Source of the DNA: a phage
Direction: 5' to 3' (one strand)
NCBI GenBank assembly: GCA_012455605.1
Contig: GCA_012455605.1_3618.1
DNA: 64,000 nt
Each line of letters begins with the position of its first letter. Position 1 is the first letter of the stretch. Positions 1 through 9,639 of the stretch are shown in pieces. Position numbers and translations under genes: made by a program. The notes beneath the pieces were generated by a model, which was not told where the DNA came from, ran no database searches, and saw only the letters and a list, made by a program, of their open reading frames with translations.

Positions 1-108
1 TCGCTGGCGCTCTTTCCCCTTATGGTTAGATATGTGCTGATCGGTATTGTCCTGGCAGTCAGTGATCTATTGGAAACGGTTGGCACCTTGTTTTAAAGAG
101 CGGTAAAA

Positions 109-300
109 ATGAATATCGAACAAGTTAGAAAGGTATTGGCGGTACTGCGTTATCATAATCATAGAAAGGTTATAGACGATCCTGATTATGTTGATTCAAG
201 TCTGGAAGAGGATACGCTACAAGCCATAAGTAACATGCAAGAATTGCTAAAGCGCATGACAGAGAAAAACCGACCGGACTACATAGGCGAAAAAATATAA
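109..300 (+). CDS. hypothetical small protein (63 aa)
   Basis: ORF in track; followed by hairpin plus T-run terminator at 315-346. Confidence 0.4.
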   Translation: MNIEQVRKVLAVLRYHNHRKVIDDPDYVDSSLEEDTLQAISNMQELLKRMTEKNRPDYIGEKI

Positions 301-314
301 TATTTATAAACTAC

Positions 315-346
315 AAAACAGGGCTTGCTATGGTCCTGTTTTTTGT
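315..346 (+). terminator. rho-independent terminator-like hairpin
   Basis: aaacagg...cctgtt stem followed by TTTTTT. Confidence 0.5.
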
Positions 347-428
347 TATACTTATTACACGGCAGGCACCTGGCGACGGGTGGAGACAATCACCGGGCCT
401 GCCTGTCATATAAGAACTATAAAAACCG

Positions 429-457
429 TTGACATCTGCCAGGTGGTGGGGTAACAT
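429..457 (+). promoter_or_regulatory. sigma70-like promoter (TTGACA-17-TAACAT)
   Basis: TTGACA at 429-434, 17 bp spacer, TAACAT at 452-457, upstream of the 511 gene. Confidence 0.5.
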
Positions 458-510
458 TATCTTGAAGGGGCAAAAGTGCCCACACAACAACCAGAAGAGA
501 GGAAAACATC

Positions 511-783
511 ATGTCAAGCTGGATTAATCAAGAAGTCGAATCACGTTTTAATGCTATTTGGGATCTCATCGAAAAAGAGGACGGAACATCAAGCCCTTAC
601 CTCAATAATCTTGAATTCCATTTTGTGGAAGCGATGAACGCAGAACATGATCACGAAGGTGGCGCGGATGATTTCGCTAAAGGTTATGGCTTTAACAATG
701 CCAACGAAATGATCGAGGCGGTCGTACTCCAGGCTGAGGAAGATTATCAATTAAAAACGCTTGAATTCTGCCGCCATAAGTAA
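511..783 (+). CDS. hypothetical protein (90 aa, acidic)
   Basis: ORF with SD-like gagaggaaaacatcATG; same RBS context recurs at the 844 and 1252 starts. Confidence 0.5.
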   Translation: MSSWINQEVESRFNAIWDLIEKEDGTSSPYLNNLEFHFVEAMNAEHDHEGGADDFAKGYGFNNANEMIEAVVLQAEEDYQLKTLEFCRHK

Positions 784-843
784 TAAGATAATGACACGGG
801 CCAAAAGGCCCGCTAATCAGAACCGCATAAAGAGGTAAACATC

Positions 844-1107
844 ATGAAACGTCTTGATCAGCTCAAACTAGTTCAGTACATGGCCTACAAAGTTCTTGAA
901 GTCCAAAAAGGTAGCAAAAAAGAGGTTTGCGAGAAAGCATATAAGATCTTTACCCGTAAAAAAGATGATTGGATGTTACGCCAGACCAAAAAAGCCGATA
1001 TCCTGGGGTACCTGGAAGAAGAGATCCGACTTGAAGAGCAAGAAGAGATCCGCCGCAGTGAAGCAGATTATCAGGCAGCTTGGGAAAACTGGATGAGTAA
1101 CAAATAA
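844..1107 (+). CDS. hypothetical protein (87 aa)
   Basis: ORF with RBS aagaggtaaacatcATG; hairpin after the stop. Confidence 0.5.
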   Translation: MKRLDQLKLVQYMAYKVLEVQKGSKKEVCEKAYKIFTRKKDDWMLRQTKKADILGYLEEEIRLEEQEEIRRSEADYQAAWENWMSNK

Positions 1108-1173
1108 TACAACAAGTTGCACGATCAGGGGGCAATAAAGCCCCTTGATCACATAAAAATTATGCTATCCTTA

Positions 1174-1202
1174 TTGACAAGGATCGGCAGTTTTGCTATA
1201 TT
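1174..1202 (+). promoter_or_regulatory. near-consensus sigma70 promoter (TTGACA-17-TATATT)
   Basis: TTGACA 1174-1179, 17 bp spacer, TATATT 1197-1202, about 50 bp upstream of the 1252 start. Confidence 0.6.
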
Positions 1203-1251
1203 CTTTTTTGAAGGGAAGTTGTAAAAAAATTAACTAAGAGGTAAAAACACC

Positions 1252-1671
1252 ATGAACATTAAATCTAATAATCCGGCATATAGCTTTGATAACGCTTTTT
1301 GTCACGGCCCGGCGGCGAAAGGATTCGAAATCGATGGTAAACTAATTATTGTCAATGTTGACGGGGAAGAGGTTGCAGTATATCCGGTGGCAGACGTAAA
1401 AAGCCGTTTACAATGCCGCATTGATGTTACCGCCTATCAGCTTGATCCGGTCCGCATAGTTGCCCTGGTCCTGGAAGAAGAAATTAAAGCCATGCACCAT
1501 AGCAACAGGTTTATTGGTGACGCCCAGGATAATATGAAGGTATGCCGCCATAAAGTTAATGAAGTGCTTAAAGAATATGGCTTTAAAGATCTGATGATCA
1601 AACGTGAGGAAAAATTCCGCTACCGTAACGACCTGGCAAATCGAATCTATGAAATATACGAATCATTATAA
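1252..1671 (+). CDS. hypothetical protein (139 aa)
   Basis: ORF with RBS aagaggtaaaaacaccATG, preceded by consensus promoter and followed by terminator. Confidence 0.55.
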   Translation: MNIKSNNPAYSFDNAFCHGPAAKGFEIDGKLIIVNVDGEEVAVYPVADVKSRLQCRIDVTAYQLDPVRIVALVLEEEIKAMHHSNRFIGDAQDNMKVCRHKVNEVLKEYGFKDLMIKREEKFRYRNDLANRIYEIYESL

Positions 1672-1689
1672 TTTCTTAACTAAACTATC

Positions 1690-1717
1690 AGGGGCTTTAA
1701 AAGGCCCCTTTCTTTTT
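1690..1717 (+). terminator. rho-independent terminator
   Basis: GGGGC...GCCCC hairpin followed by TTTCTTTTT. Confidence 0.6.
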
Positions 1718-2324
1718 GTCTGTATTTCTCCTACCACAAACGGCCCAGCCTGGCAAGTGGAATAATTGACTAGCCATCAATCCCACACACTGTACAAACA
1801 TACATGTAAAATAACTATTGCATAATTTTTCATTGTGTGGTAGCAGGGCCATTTTTACCCGTTTTCTCTCTCAAAATTGCACGTAATGCCGCTATTGCAC
1901 AAAATTTAACCTGATGCACATCTTCAATATCTTGTCAACAACTAAAAATCTTTATAAGTCATACACTTACACACTCACAAAAGCGTGTTCTACGTGAAAA
2001 ATCGAGTATAACTATAGCCGCCAGATCTCAGAATTTACGTACGCTCACCATTCTATAGTCTGCTAAGTATTTATTCCAACCATAGAATAACGGAATAGTC
2101 AATACCTGCATAAAATAATTATTCGTGTAAACTGCATAACATAAATCAGCTTATGTGTCAACATTCTTGGTAAACAGTCCGAAATTGTAATGGTAAGTTA
2201 TAATAAACAGAGAAATCTTTAGTCGTCTAATGTTTACTGTACATAACTATACTGACTGGAATCATTAGATGACTAAGAGAAAGATAAGAAATCATTAACA
2301 ATGCAATTGTTTTATTCGTAACAA

Positions 2325-2700
2325 TAAGGCAACTATGCAAACGAATGGCATGGCGCGACGGAGTCGCGACATAATATAAAAGCAGTAACCATCACCCCCG
2401 TGATAGTTTGTCTGCAAACTATTAATCAGATCATAGTTGCCTTGTATTTAGTTAATCATGACATAACAAGCAAGGCAACTATAGATCTTCTAATAGTTGC
2501 CCTGCTTTTATATTATGTCATCTATTGTAAACAAGTTAATTATTGTCATGCAAACGAATGTCATGGCTTATCATTTTTGAGTAAACAATCTATGCGTGAA
2601 CAGTTAGCTATGTAAACTATTAGACATGTAAACTATTGAGAATGTAAACAGTAAAGGGAGTGAATAGTGATAGCGTAAACAGTCAGGCATGTCAATTATG
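2325..2700. repeat. iteron-like cluster of short direct and inverted repeats
   Basis: AAGGCAACTAT in 4 copies (2 forward, 2 inverted: about 2326, 2433, 2471, 2493); TGCAAACGAATG(G/T)CATGG twice (about 2335 and 2548); TGTAAAC(T/A) words at about 2525, 2580, 2609, 2626, 2642, 2672; many ATGTCA words 2687-2750. Confidence 0.5.
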
Positions 2701-3255
2701 TTCAGTGTCACCATTATGTCATATTGTGTCACAGTATGCCCAGTATGTCAGACAAGTTTTTCTCCTCTTTGTCAAGTGCTGCATGAAAAATTTACAATCT
2801 GGTATGGTAGCATTTTTGCGGCCCTGTTTACATTCAGTTGTGTATGTATAAGCCTTGTTGTGTGGGCGTTTAGACGTCTAGACGGTTGGAAGTCTACAGG
2901 TCAATATCTAATCTATTGGTTGCTAACTATATCCCACACAAATAGTAAGAAATATAATTGTTATGTGTGTAAACTGTAACTCATGTTATCAATCCCTGTA
3001 TGGATCGCCAGTGGTGCGCATAATGGGTATTATGTTAAATTGCCCGTAATGATAACAGTTCTCACAATGATAGGTATTCTCATTCAATCCCACAAGATAG
3101 GTTGCAAATGTTGTGCCACTGTGTGAACGGCCTCACCTATTAATTTGCCACACTGCCCCGATATTTGAGAATTGTTATAAGAATGAGAATGATTCCCATT
3201 TCGTCCGCCTGGCAGCACTCCAGTCGCTACCGCTCATAACAGGGCAGAACTAGAC

Positions 3256-3794
3256 CCTCTTCAGATATTTCTGGCTGACTCTTCAGGTCTGTGTGGGAAA
3301 AGCCAACCTCTCCGGCGGGAAGGGGGGGTCAATTAAAAAATTTACGGGGTATATGAAGCGCTCTTCAGGTAAGGCATGTATTATGGGATGAAACCCTCTT
3401 CAGGCAATGATATTTGTGGGTGTGATATTTGCTGGAAAGCCAGATATGACGGGACTCCCGGCGGGGCAGGGGTAGTACAGGAAGGGAAAATATGGGGATG
3501 TAGTTGGGGAAATTGATCAGACAGGTGGAGTATAGTATATGTTACAAGTATGTTAAATATGGATGGTGAATATCTATAGGATTTGTGTGTAAAATCAAAG
3601 ACTTAAGTGGTGTTGTGGTATTTTCTATAAATAATTCAAGTTTAATAGGGAATATTTGTCAGAAAGGTAGGTTCAGGTTATTTAAAGTTGTATTTCAGAT
3701 GCATGTTTACAGAAGCAGGTAACCCCCCTCCCCCTTCGGCTACCATTCACCTTTTCCTCTAACTGGTACTTAAACACTTATTCAGACTCTTCAG
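3256..3794. repeat. dispersed CTCTTCAG(G) 9-mer repeats with G-rich CGGCGGG-A-GGGG motifs
   Basis: CTCTTCAG(G) at about 3256, 3289, 3361, 3394, 3786 and again at 4435; CTCCGGCGGGAAGGGGGGG at about 3310 and CTCCCGGCGGGGCAGGGG at about 3466; no ORF over 60 aa in 2980-3930. Confidence 0.45.
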
Positions 3795-4146
3795 GTTATC
3801 ACCCATATATCATATGGCAGTGACTGGTGTCCTCAGGCCCCTCTTTCGTCACCCGTCCGCTTCGCCATGCTAATGCCATAGCCAGTGGTTCGGTTGTTCA
3901 CCCTGTTCACTCAGGTGTATCTCCATACCCCTTCAAACCGAAGAGAACAGAAAACCCGAATTACTCGGTAAAAGAAAAGAGAAGAACTTAATTTTATCAG
4001 GATAGGCAAGAATGTCAAGGCATGACTGCTCACTAAACAAGCAAACAGTCATGTGTGGGAGGTAAGTGATTGTGGTGGTAGGAAATTTAGTTGAAAGATG
4101 TGTTATAGGTGCTCCCAGCACTTTTAGCCGGGCAGCTAGTTGTGTG

Positions 4147-4362
4147 TCAGTCCAGCGGTTCATCCCCTACTTCACTGAAATCGATGTTCATGGTCTCCTC
4201 CCAACCATCGATCTCAGCACAAGAGTGGAGATCTTTAGGACTTACTCCCAAAGCCTCAGCAACAGCGTCTATATTTAACACCTCTGGCAGGTATGATTCA
4301 TCGAATTCAAGGTAAATCAGGCCACGAGTGTTGTCAGCTCCACCAAATATTTCTATCTTCAT
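4147..4362 (-). CDS. hypothetical acidic protein (71 aa)
   Basis: ORF; last gene of the minus-strand block. Confidence 0.4.
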   Translation of the reverse strand: MKIEIFGGADNTRGLIYLEFDESYLPEVLNIDAVAEALGVSPKDLHSCAEIDGWEETMNIDFSEVGDEPLD

Positions 4363-4483
4363 AAAATCTCCTCTGGAAATGAGAGTGTGAACTGGGTTTT
4401 ATACGTTCCAATACGTTGGAATTATGCACGTTTGCCTCTTCAGGCCATGCTTTAGCATGAGGAACCTGTGTGGGCTCGGTGCT

Positions 4484-4897
4484 TCATAGTCTACCACCTC
4501 TGAACTCTTCGTGCTCCGGCATGATAGAGAACCAGATATCTACGATGTCTTCCCACGTTAGGTCATCAGCCTCAGGATCTACCTGGAGCGAAGATGGAGA
4601 ATATTCAGAATCGAAGTTTTCCTCTTTCACTGGCTCAGCCAAGGGACATATAGTCACTCCTTTGGATGTCTCTTCAGATGCATGTGTGTTTATCATGTTC
4701 CACCCGTGAGTATTCCGGCAACAGCCGCTATGGACGTAATGATCATCAGGATCACCACTAAAACTTCGGACAATGTTCTCATTGTGTATCCTATATTCTC
4801 TAAACGATGTGTGGATAATATCACGAGGGCGGTAATGTGTCAACAGAAACGCCGCGAGGGTTTGGTTAAAATCCGAGCGTATGGTGATTTGGGTCAA
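4484..4897 (-). CDS. hypothetical protein
   Basis: ORF in track; start uncertain. Confidence 0.3.
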   Translation of the reverse strand: MTQITIRSDFNQTLAAFLLTHYRPRDIIHTSFREYRIHNENIVRSFSGDPDDHYVHSGCCRNTHGWNMINTHASEETSKGVTICPLAEPVKEENFDSEYSPSSLQVDPEADDLTWEDIVDIWFSIMPEHEEFRGGRL

Positions 4898-5056
4898 AAC
4901 GGACGTGCGTTCTCGCTACGCTCGAAAGAGAGACTTGTTTGTAGAAAGCTCTTAAACGCTCTGTAACGAGATTAACTACCAGAGGTATGCAATCGTGCAC
5001 CAGATAAAGAAAAGGACGCCATAGAGCGTCCTAGGTGTCTTAAATTTGATATTTTG

Positions 5057-5368
5057 CTATACCCACGAGGGCTTATCAAGGTTGGAGTAGCTGAAAGGTG
5101 TCAAAAGGTGACTGTCAAAATCTCTCAAACTATCCAGATCTTTTTCCTCGTCCTGACACCATCTGTGCCTACATTTATTGTTGTAGTGCATAGAATGCAT
5201 AGCGTTCTGCAACTTAACAGGCACAAGTGATTCGGGAGTAGATAGTATTGTTGGGTATGCCAGAACCACTTCAAACAGTGGAAACACATCGAAACTAAAG
5301 TCTACCTCTGCAGAGGTTGATGGCATGTAGGAGTATTTAGCCGCCTTTGTAGACATAATCCACCTCAC
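5057..5368 (-). CDS. hypothetical protein (103 aa)
   Basis: ORF, overlaps upstream stop by 4 nt. Confidence 0.35.
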   Translation of the reverse strand: MRWIMSTKAAKYSYMPSTSAEVDFSFDVFPLFEVVLAYPTILSTPESLVPVKLQNAMHSMHYNNKCRHRWCQDEEKDLDSLRDFDSHLLTPFSYSNLDKPSWV

Positions 5369-5691
5369 ACAGGTTTGATAATACCTTTACCGAATAACTC
5401 TTCGTATCTAATCTTATCCGGATCCCACTCCTGGATAATTTCGAAGACAATATCCAACCCTGGGATAATCACTTCTCCAGTGTCAAGTTTGGCAAGAACA
5501 AAACCAGAAGGTTGAATGGTTTCCCAGTTGCGACGATTGGAATAGAAGACCTCGAAAATATCACCGACCTTGATCTGTTGATCAAGATGTTCAAGGTTCT
5601 CTTTCATGTAGACGCAGCGTATTTTTCGTGCAGGCCATAGACCACCTGCATCACGTTCATTCAATTCTTTTACAGTGATCGGTATACCCAT
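5365..5691 (-). CDS. hypothetical protein (108 aa)
   Basis: ORF in tight minus-strand array. Confidence 0.45.
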   Translation of the reverse strand: MGIPITVKELNERDAGGLWPARKIRCVYMKENLEHLDQQIKVGDIFEVFYSNRRNWETIQPSGFVLAKLDTGEVIIPGLDIVFEIIQEWDPDKIRYEELFGKGIIKPV

Positions 5692-5710
5692 CTCAAATCT
5701 CCTTCATAGA

Positions 5711-5740
5711 TAGTAAAAAGAGGGGCCCAAGCCCCTCTCT
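5711..5740 (-). terminator. rho-independent terminator/attenuator (minus strand)
   Basis: AGAGGGGC-ttgg-GCCCCTCT hairpin followed by TTTTT on the minus strand, directly after the 5747-6052 gene. Confidence 0.5.
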
Positions 5741-5746
5741 TTGTCA

Positions 5747-6052
5747 TTATTCTACAGAGCGTTTGAACAGAATGTCTGCCTCGGACATGTGCTCAACCTC
5801 TTCTTCGATTTTAGCTCGACGTTTTTCAGCCTCATATCGAATATCGAACTCGGTAGCCACCAGAGATTTGATGAATTTAGGAGAATACAGATGATCCTGC
5901 TTCTCAACAAGAATGATATCCTTGATGGCATCTTTCAGATCTTTAATCTGAAGTTGGAGTTCCACCAGTTCTTCGATTGTTTTGCGAAGGCGATCACGCT
6001 CTGCAGTGTCAGAAGGAAGAGAGGTGAACAGTTCAACTTTAGATTTAGCCAT
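5747..6052 (-). CDS. hypothetical coiled-coil protein (101 aa)
   Basis: ORF; charged heptad-like composition. Confidence 0.45.
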   Translation of the reverse strand: MAKSKVELFTSLPSDTAERDRLRKTIEELVELQLQIKDLKDAIKDIILVEKQDHLYSPKFIKSLVATEFDIRYEAEKRRAKIEEEVEHMSEADILFKRSVE

Positions 6053-6080
6053 AGTAAGAGTCTCCTTATGTTGTTTTAAA

Positions 6081-6398
6081 TTAACGTTCTACAAAAATAC
6101 CGTTCAGTTCAATAACCAGGAATTTCTGGTCTTCACTATCGTCTCGTGCCAGCACCTCACAGACGTATCGGTCATCCCCATCATCATCGCAGTCAAATAC
6201 AAGACTGAGGACTTTATCATGGTAAACCTTCGCCACTACCGCCTCGTAAGTATTGCCGATTGTGAATCCAAGATAATCTCCGATGCATTTGACAACAACA
6301 TGGTCTCCAGCATTTAAGTCAATCTTCGTCATTACTGCGCTCCTTGGGTAATAATACTGTATGTAAAACTTTAACCAGAGATGTGAATAACGCCCCAA
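6081..6398 (-). CDS. hypothetical protein
   Basis: ORF in array. Confidence 0.4.
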   Translation of the reverse strand: MGRYSHLWLKFYIQYYYPRSAVMTKIDLNAGDHVVVKCIGDYLGFTIGNTYEAVVAKVYHDKVLSLVFDCDDDGDDRYVCEVLARDDSEDQKFLVIELNGIFVER

Positions 6399-6487
6399 AA
6401 CACACCGATAGCGCTAAAACAGACAAGGCCATCATTAAAGCTTCAGTAAAATCAGTCATTCCTCACCTCTTGTTAGTCACTATACTA

Positions 6488-6751
6488 TCATTTATCCTCG
6501 CCGTCAAGAACTTTTTTAAATCTTTCAGGTATATCACCCGTTCTTAGATAGTTCATGACCTCACAAGGTTCCCACTTGAATTTCTTACAGAGCAGGGCGG
6601 CTGAGATTGTTTCATTGCGAAAAGAAAGGATATTAATATCCCACTCTGAGAACCCCAACTTCCGAAGGGTAGCTACAGAAATCCTCACCGCAACCCAGCA
6701 GCAAAAACATGCAACAAACGCCACTGCTACAACCCACATCGGGATGTTCAT
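6488..6751 (-). CDS. hypothetical membrane protein (87 aa, N-terminal TM segment)
   Basis: hydrophobic N-terminus WVVAVAFVACFCCWVAV. Confidence 0.4.
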   Translation of the reverse strand: MNIPMWVVAVAFVACFCCWVAVRISVATLRKLGFSEWDINILSFRNETISAALLCKKFKWEPCEVMNYLRTGDIPERFKKVLDGEDK

Positions 6752-6840
6752 ATAAGCACCTTACTGAAATACAAGACATAGGGTTAAGGTTACTGACCAG
6801 CAAATAATTAACAGTGCCGTTGCAACCTTGGCAAGATTTA

Positions 6841-7128
6841 TCATAGTGCCTCTAAGATTTCATACCCTTCGGGTCGGAATACAAGCCACTCCGTGGCTCC
6901 GTTTGGTCGATATGCTTTATACAAAACAACCTGATCTCGGCACATGCACATAGCTACATAGTTTTCATCCACACCTGCAGCCTGCATTGCATCTTCTTCT
7001 CCGGCAACTGCTTTGCTTACAACCTCCTTGGTAGGCAGGTGTGCGATCAGCTCGTCACCATCATTAATTCCAAAATGGCTGAGTTCTCCATTGGTATCTT
7101 TAATCTTAATCTTAACCAGATCTTTCAT
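6841..7128 (-). CDS. hypothetical protein (95 aa)
   Basis: ORF; stop-start overlap with neighbour. Confidence 0.45.
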   Translation of the reverse strand: MKDLVKIKIKDTNGELSHFGINDGDELIAHLPTKEVVSKAVAGEEDAMQAAGVDENYVAMCMCRDQVVLYKAYRPNGATEWLVFRPEGYEILEAL

Positions 7129-7457
7129 TAGTCTTCCTCCAGGTTCAAAGGTCCTAAGATTTCATATGCCAGATTAGAAGTTACCAGAGGGTCTTCTGCG
7201 TCTTTAGTATTATACCACCCGTGAATAACCAGAGTCCCACTTTGTTTCATGTCCAACTGGAACTCTTCTGCCGTTTCCTCATCCAGCTCCAAGATTTCCA
7301 TAAGGTATTTGATGTTAGGGAGGTATGCAGCTGTTACAGTCCCCTCTACCAGACCTTCAGGCCAACCTACATCTGGATGACAAGTAGGAACCAGGTTGGT
7401 CAGCTTAATGGTGTACGCTTTTTCTGCACGAGCCTTCAGTAACGGGTCAATCTTCAT
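7128..7457 (-). CDS. hypothetical acidic protein (109 aa)
   Basis: ORF; acidic C-terminus. Confidence 0.45.
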   Translation of the reverse strand: MKIDPLLKARAEKAYTIKLTNLVPTCHPDVGWPEGLVEGTVTAAYLPNIKYLMEILELDEETAEEFQLDMKQSGTLVIHGWYNTKDAEDPLVTSNLAYEILGPLNLEED

Positions 7458-7807
7458 TATTCGTCCTCCTCTTCGGTACCTGCTTCCAGTAATAAGTTAA
7501 GAATATCTTCTGCACAAGGTTCATAGAACTCTTGGCCTTCATTATCGATGATTTTGTAGTCATCTCCACGAATAATCAGGGGATCACTCTCAAAATTATC
7601 GAGACCTTTAACAACGACAACACGATCGATTGCCATCATTGTAAGAACTTTATCGACATCTTCCTCTGCTACACCATACTGCAGCAGAATGTCTTTGGTA
7701 GGAGGAACAGCATCCACCACAACGCCGTTACCAAAACCTTCTGGAAGTTTAGCTAAAATATCTTCCGGAACCACATTCACATCAAAACCGGTAATTTCTA
7801 CTTTCAT
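7457..7807 (-). CDS. hypothetical acidic protein (116 aa)
   Basis: ORF; C-terminal EEEDE tail. Confidence 0.45.
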   Translation of the reverse strand: MKVEITGFDVNVVPEDILAKLPEGFGNGVVVDAVPPTKDILLQYGVAEEDVDKVLTMMAIDRVVVVKGLDNFESDPLIIRGDDYKIIDNEGQEFYEPCAEDILNLLLEAGTEEEDE

Positions 7808-8068
7808 TTACAGCACCTCTTCGTCAACTACTTCATAAAAATGGCCTGGGATTGCAATAGCGTTCTCACCTTCACCTACAAACACAGTTCCGTCAAGAAT
7901 CAACATCATAAGAATTTCTGTAATATCCTCTTCCGGAACGTTGCCAAAACCTTTAATCAGCTCGTAGGTTGGAATATTTACCTCTAAGATGTCACCATCT
8001 TTAGAACGGAAATCAACACCGTCCTGAATCTCTGCCGTTTCAAGGTTTTTCAATTTAATCTTCATCAA
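7808..8068 (-). CDS. hypothetical protein (86 aa)
   Basis: ORF with RBS. Confidence 0.45.
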   Translation of the reverse strand: MMKIKLKNLETAEIQDGVDFRSKDGDILEVNIPTYELIKGFGNVPEEDITEILMMLILDGTVFVGEGENAIAIPGHFYEVVDEEVL

Positions 8069-8099
8069 TCGGTCCCCCTGTCTTATTAAGATGAAGGTA

Positions 8100-8128
8100 T
8101 TATTTCACACAGGGTTGGCGTTGTCAAC
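8100..8128 (-). promoter_or_regulatory. sigma70-like promoter (minus strand, TTGACA -35)
   Basis: TTGACA (plus 8123-8128 reverse complement) with a weak AATAAT-like -10; upstream of the 8068 start. Confidence 0.35.
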
Positions 8129-8145
8129 ACCTGTGTGCAAGAAAA

Positions 8146-8541
8146 TTACTGAAACAGTGCGGATAAATTACCTTCTGGTGGGAACTTATCTGCCAAAAAC
8201 GGTGTTAGCACAGTAGCCTTCTGAAGATCTGGGGTCCACTCGTTGTTCAGAACATCCCAGTAGTACGCAATGTTGCTGTGTGGGTGCCGCATTACGAACT
8301 TTTTCCCTTCGTAGTCATCTGAAACCTCTACAGAAGAAATAACAACAGAATCTTCAAGGGTTTCTTCATAGAAAGATCCACCTTCAAATTTCCAACGAGA
8401 TGCAAGAGCCCCTGCCTTGAACGCTGCAGATAACGGACTGTCGGCAAGAACATACATTTCTTGCACTCTGTCGCTGCGATCTTTGCTTCTTACGTTGTAT
8501 ACAGTATCTGAGCTATACTCAACACGGTATAGGCTTACCAT
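8146..8541 (-). CDS. hypothetical protein, paralog family B (131 aa)
   Basis: shares the FVMRHPHS..YYWD...EWTPD...ATVLTP block with the 10353-10751 product. Confidence 0.5.
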   Translation of the reverse strand: MVSLYRVEYSSDTVYNVRSKDRSDRVQEMYVLADSPLSAAFKAGALASRWKFEGGSFYEETLEDSVVISSVEVSDDYEGKKFVMRHPHSNIAYYWDVLNNEWTPDLQKATVLTPFLADKFPPEGNLSALFQ

Positions 8542-8900
8542 TACCGCACCTCCTCAATAACTTCCACATCTGAACCTACCACAAATGCAAAAGGACAGGT
8601 TTCATGAAAGATATCCGGATCGCCGCCAAGCTTGCTAACAATTTCTCCACCACTAATAAACACAAGCTCACCGATATTCATCAGATTGCTGAAATAGTAC
8701 CCATAATGATTAAAGAATGCAGCAGGGTCAGGTAGACTAGTAGCCTCAAGCACTACATCGGTTGAGGTTACTTTCTTATCATAACCTCTCGCCTTTTGAG
8801 ATGCAAGATCTGCAGAATCCTCAGGCGACCGGAGATGCACAGGAATTGTTTCACCAATAAAGCGTACTTTCATATTATCACCCAACAACCATAGCTTCAA
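8541..8900 (-). CDS. hypothetical protein, divergent member of paralog family A
   Basis: C-terminal FISGGEIVSKLGG...VGSDVEVIEE resembles the DLIAAGA...EVVE family. Confidence 0.45.
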   Translation of the reverse strand: MKLWLLGDNMKVRFIGETIPVHLRSPEDSADLASQKARGYDKKVTSTDVVLEATSLPDPAAFFNHYGYYFSNLMNIGELVFISGGEIVSKLGGDPDIFHETCPFAFVVGSDVEVIEEVR

Positions 8901-9141
8901 AAGGAGTCATGAACGAATAAACGGCATCATCATCTGCTTCAGGGAATGCTCCCAAAGACTTCATATCCGAGCCCTTGACAAATACAAGGTTTTGATCAAA
9001 GGCTTCTTGGGGGTCAATCCGATACATATTTCGTAAAATATCGCTTACCTCCTCATCAAGAGGTGAGTATGCTGTGCACGTTTTTCCGATCAAGCTTTGA
9101 GAATCAGGGTATCCACCTGAAGTTTTAAAATAAACAATCAT
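8878..9141 (-). CDS. hypothetical protein (87 aa)
   Basis: ORF. Confidence 0.4.
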   Translation of the reverse strand: MIVYFKTSGGYPDSQSLIGKTCTAYSPLDEEVSDILRNMYRIDPQEAFDQNLVFVKGSDMKSLGAFPEADDDAVYSFMTPFEAMVVG

Positions 9142-9232
9142 ATAGTATCACCTCTGGTAAGAGATTGGGACTCCTTTCCCACAAATAATTACAAATCTTC
9201 CTTAGCGAGGAAGTATGCTAATCCAAGCAGGA

Positions 9233-9502
9233 TTATTCCTCTACAATCTCATACACATCGGGAGTTACAATCAACTCTTCTCCGTTACCCGGTGCAACAA
9301 ACACCACCAAACCTTCAGGTGTGTGCTTTTTAGCCATCTCGATAACATCTTCTCGCAGAGCTGGCTCCATCAGATCAAAACCTTCACCTAGGGCATCACG
9401 AACCACCTTCATATAGTCCACTGGTTGTGCTTCAACAATCATGCCTTCAACCAGTCCACAATTTTTGTCTGCCAGCTCAGTTTGGAATAATTTAATTTTC
9501 AT
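9233..9502 (-). CDS. hypothetical acidic protein (89 aa)
   Basis: ORF. Confidence 0.45.
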   Translation of the reverse strand: MKIKLFQTELADKNCGLVEGMIVEAQPVDYMKVVRDALGEGFDLMEPALREDVIEMAKKHTPEGLVVFVAPGNGEELIVTPDVYEIVEE

Positions 9503-9639
9503 TTAGAGGTCTCCTCAATTATTTGATATTAATAGCCGTAACCTAACACATTAACTACAACTGCGATTGCAAACATAATTTCAAAGCATGCAATCTCTAC
9601 ATTTGGGACTAATTTCTTAATCACACCCATTGTAGCACC

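Noticed and set aside
2325-2700. CRISPR array
   Set aside because: Repeats are short (7-18 bp), of several unrelated families and irregularly spaced, with no uniform repeat-spacer periodicity.
2400-2979. Three overlapping plus-strand ORFs (2400-2615, 2660-2851, 2689-2979)
   Set aside because: They fall in the repeat-rich AT-rich region, are Cys/Leu-rich low-complexity translations without RBS, and overlap each other; more likely non-coding repeats.
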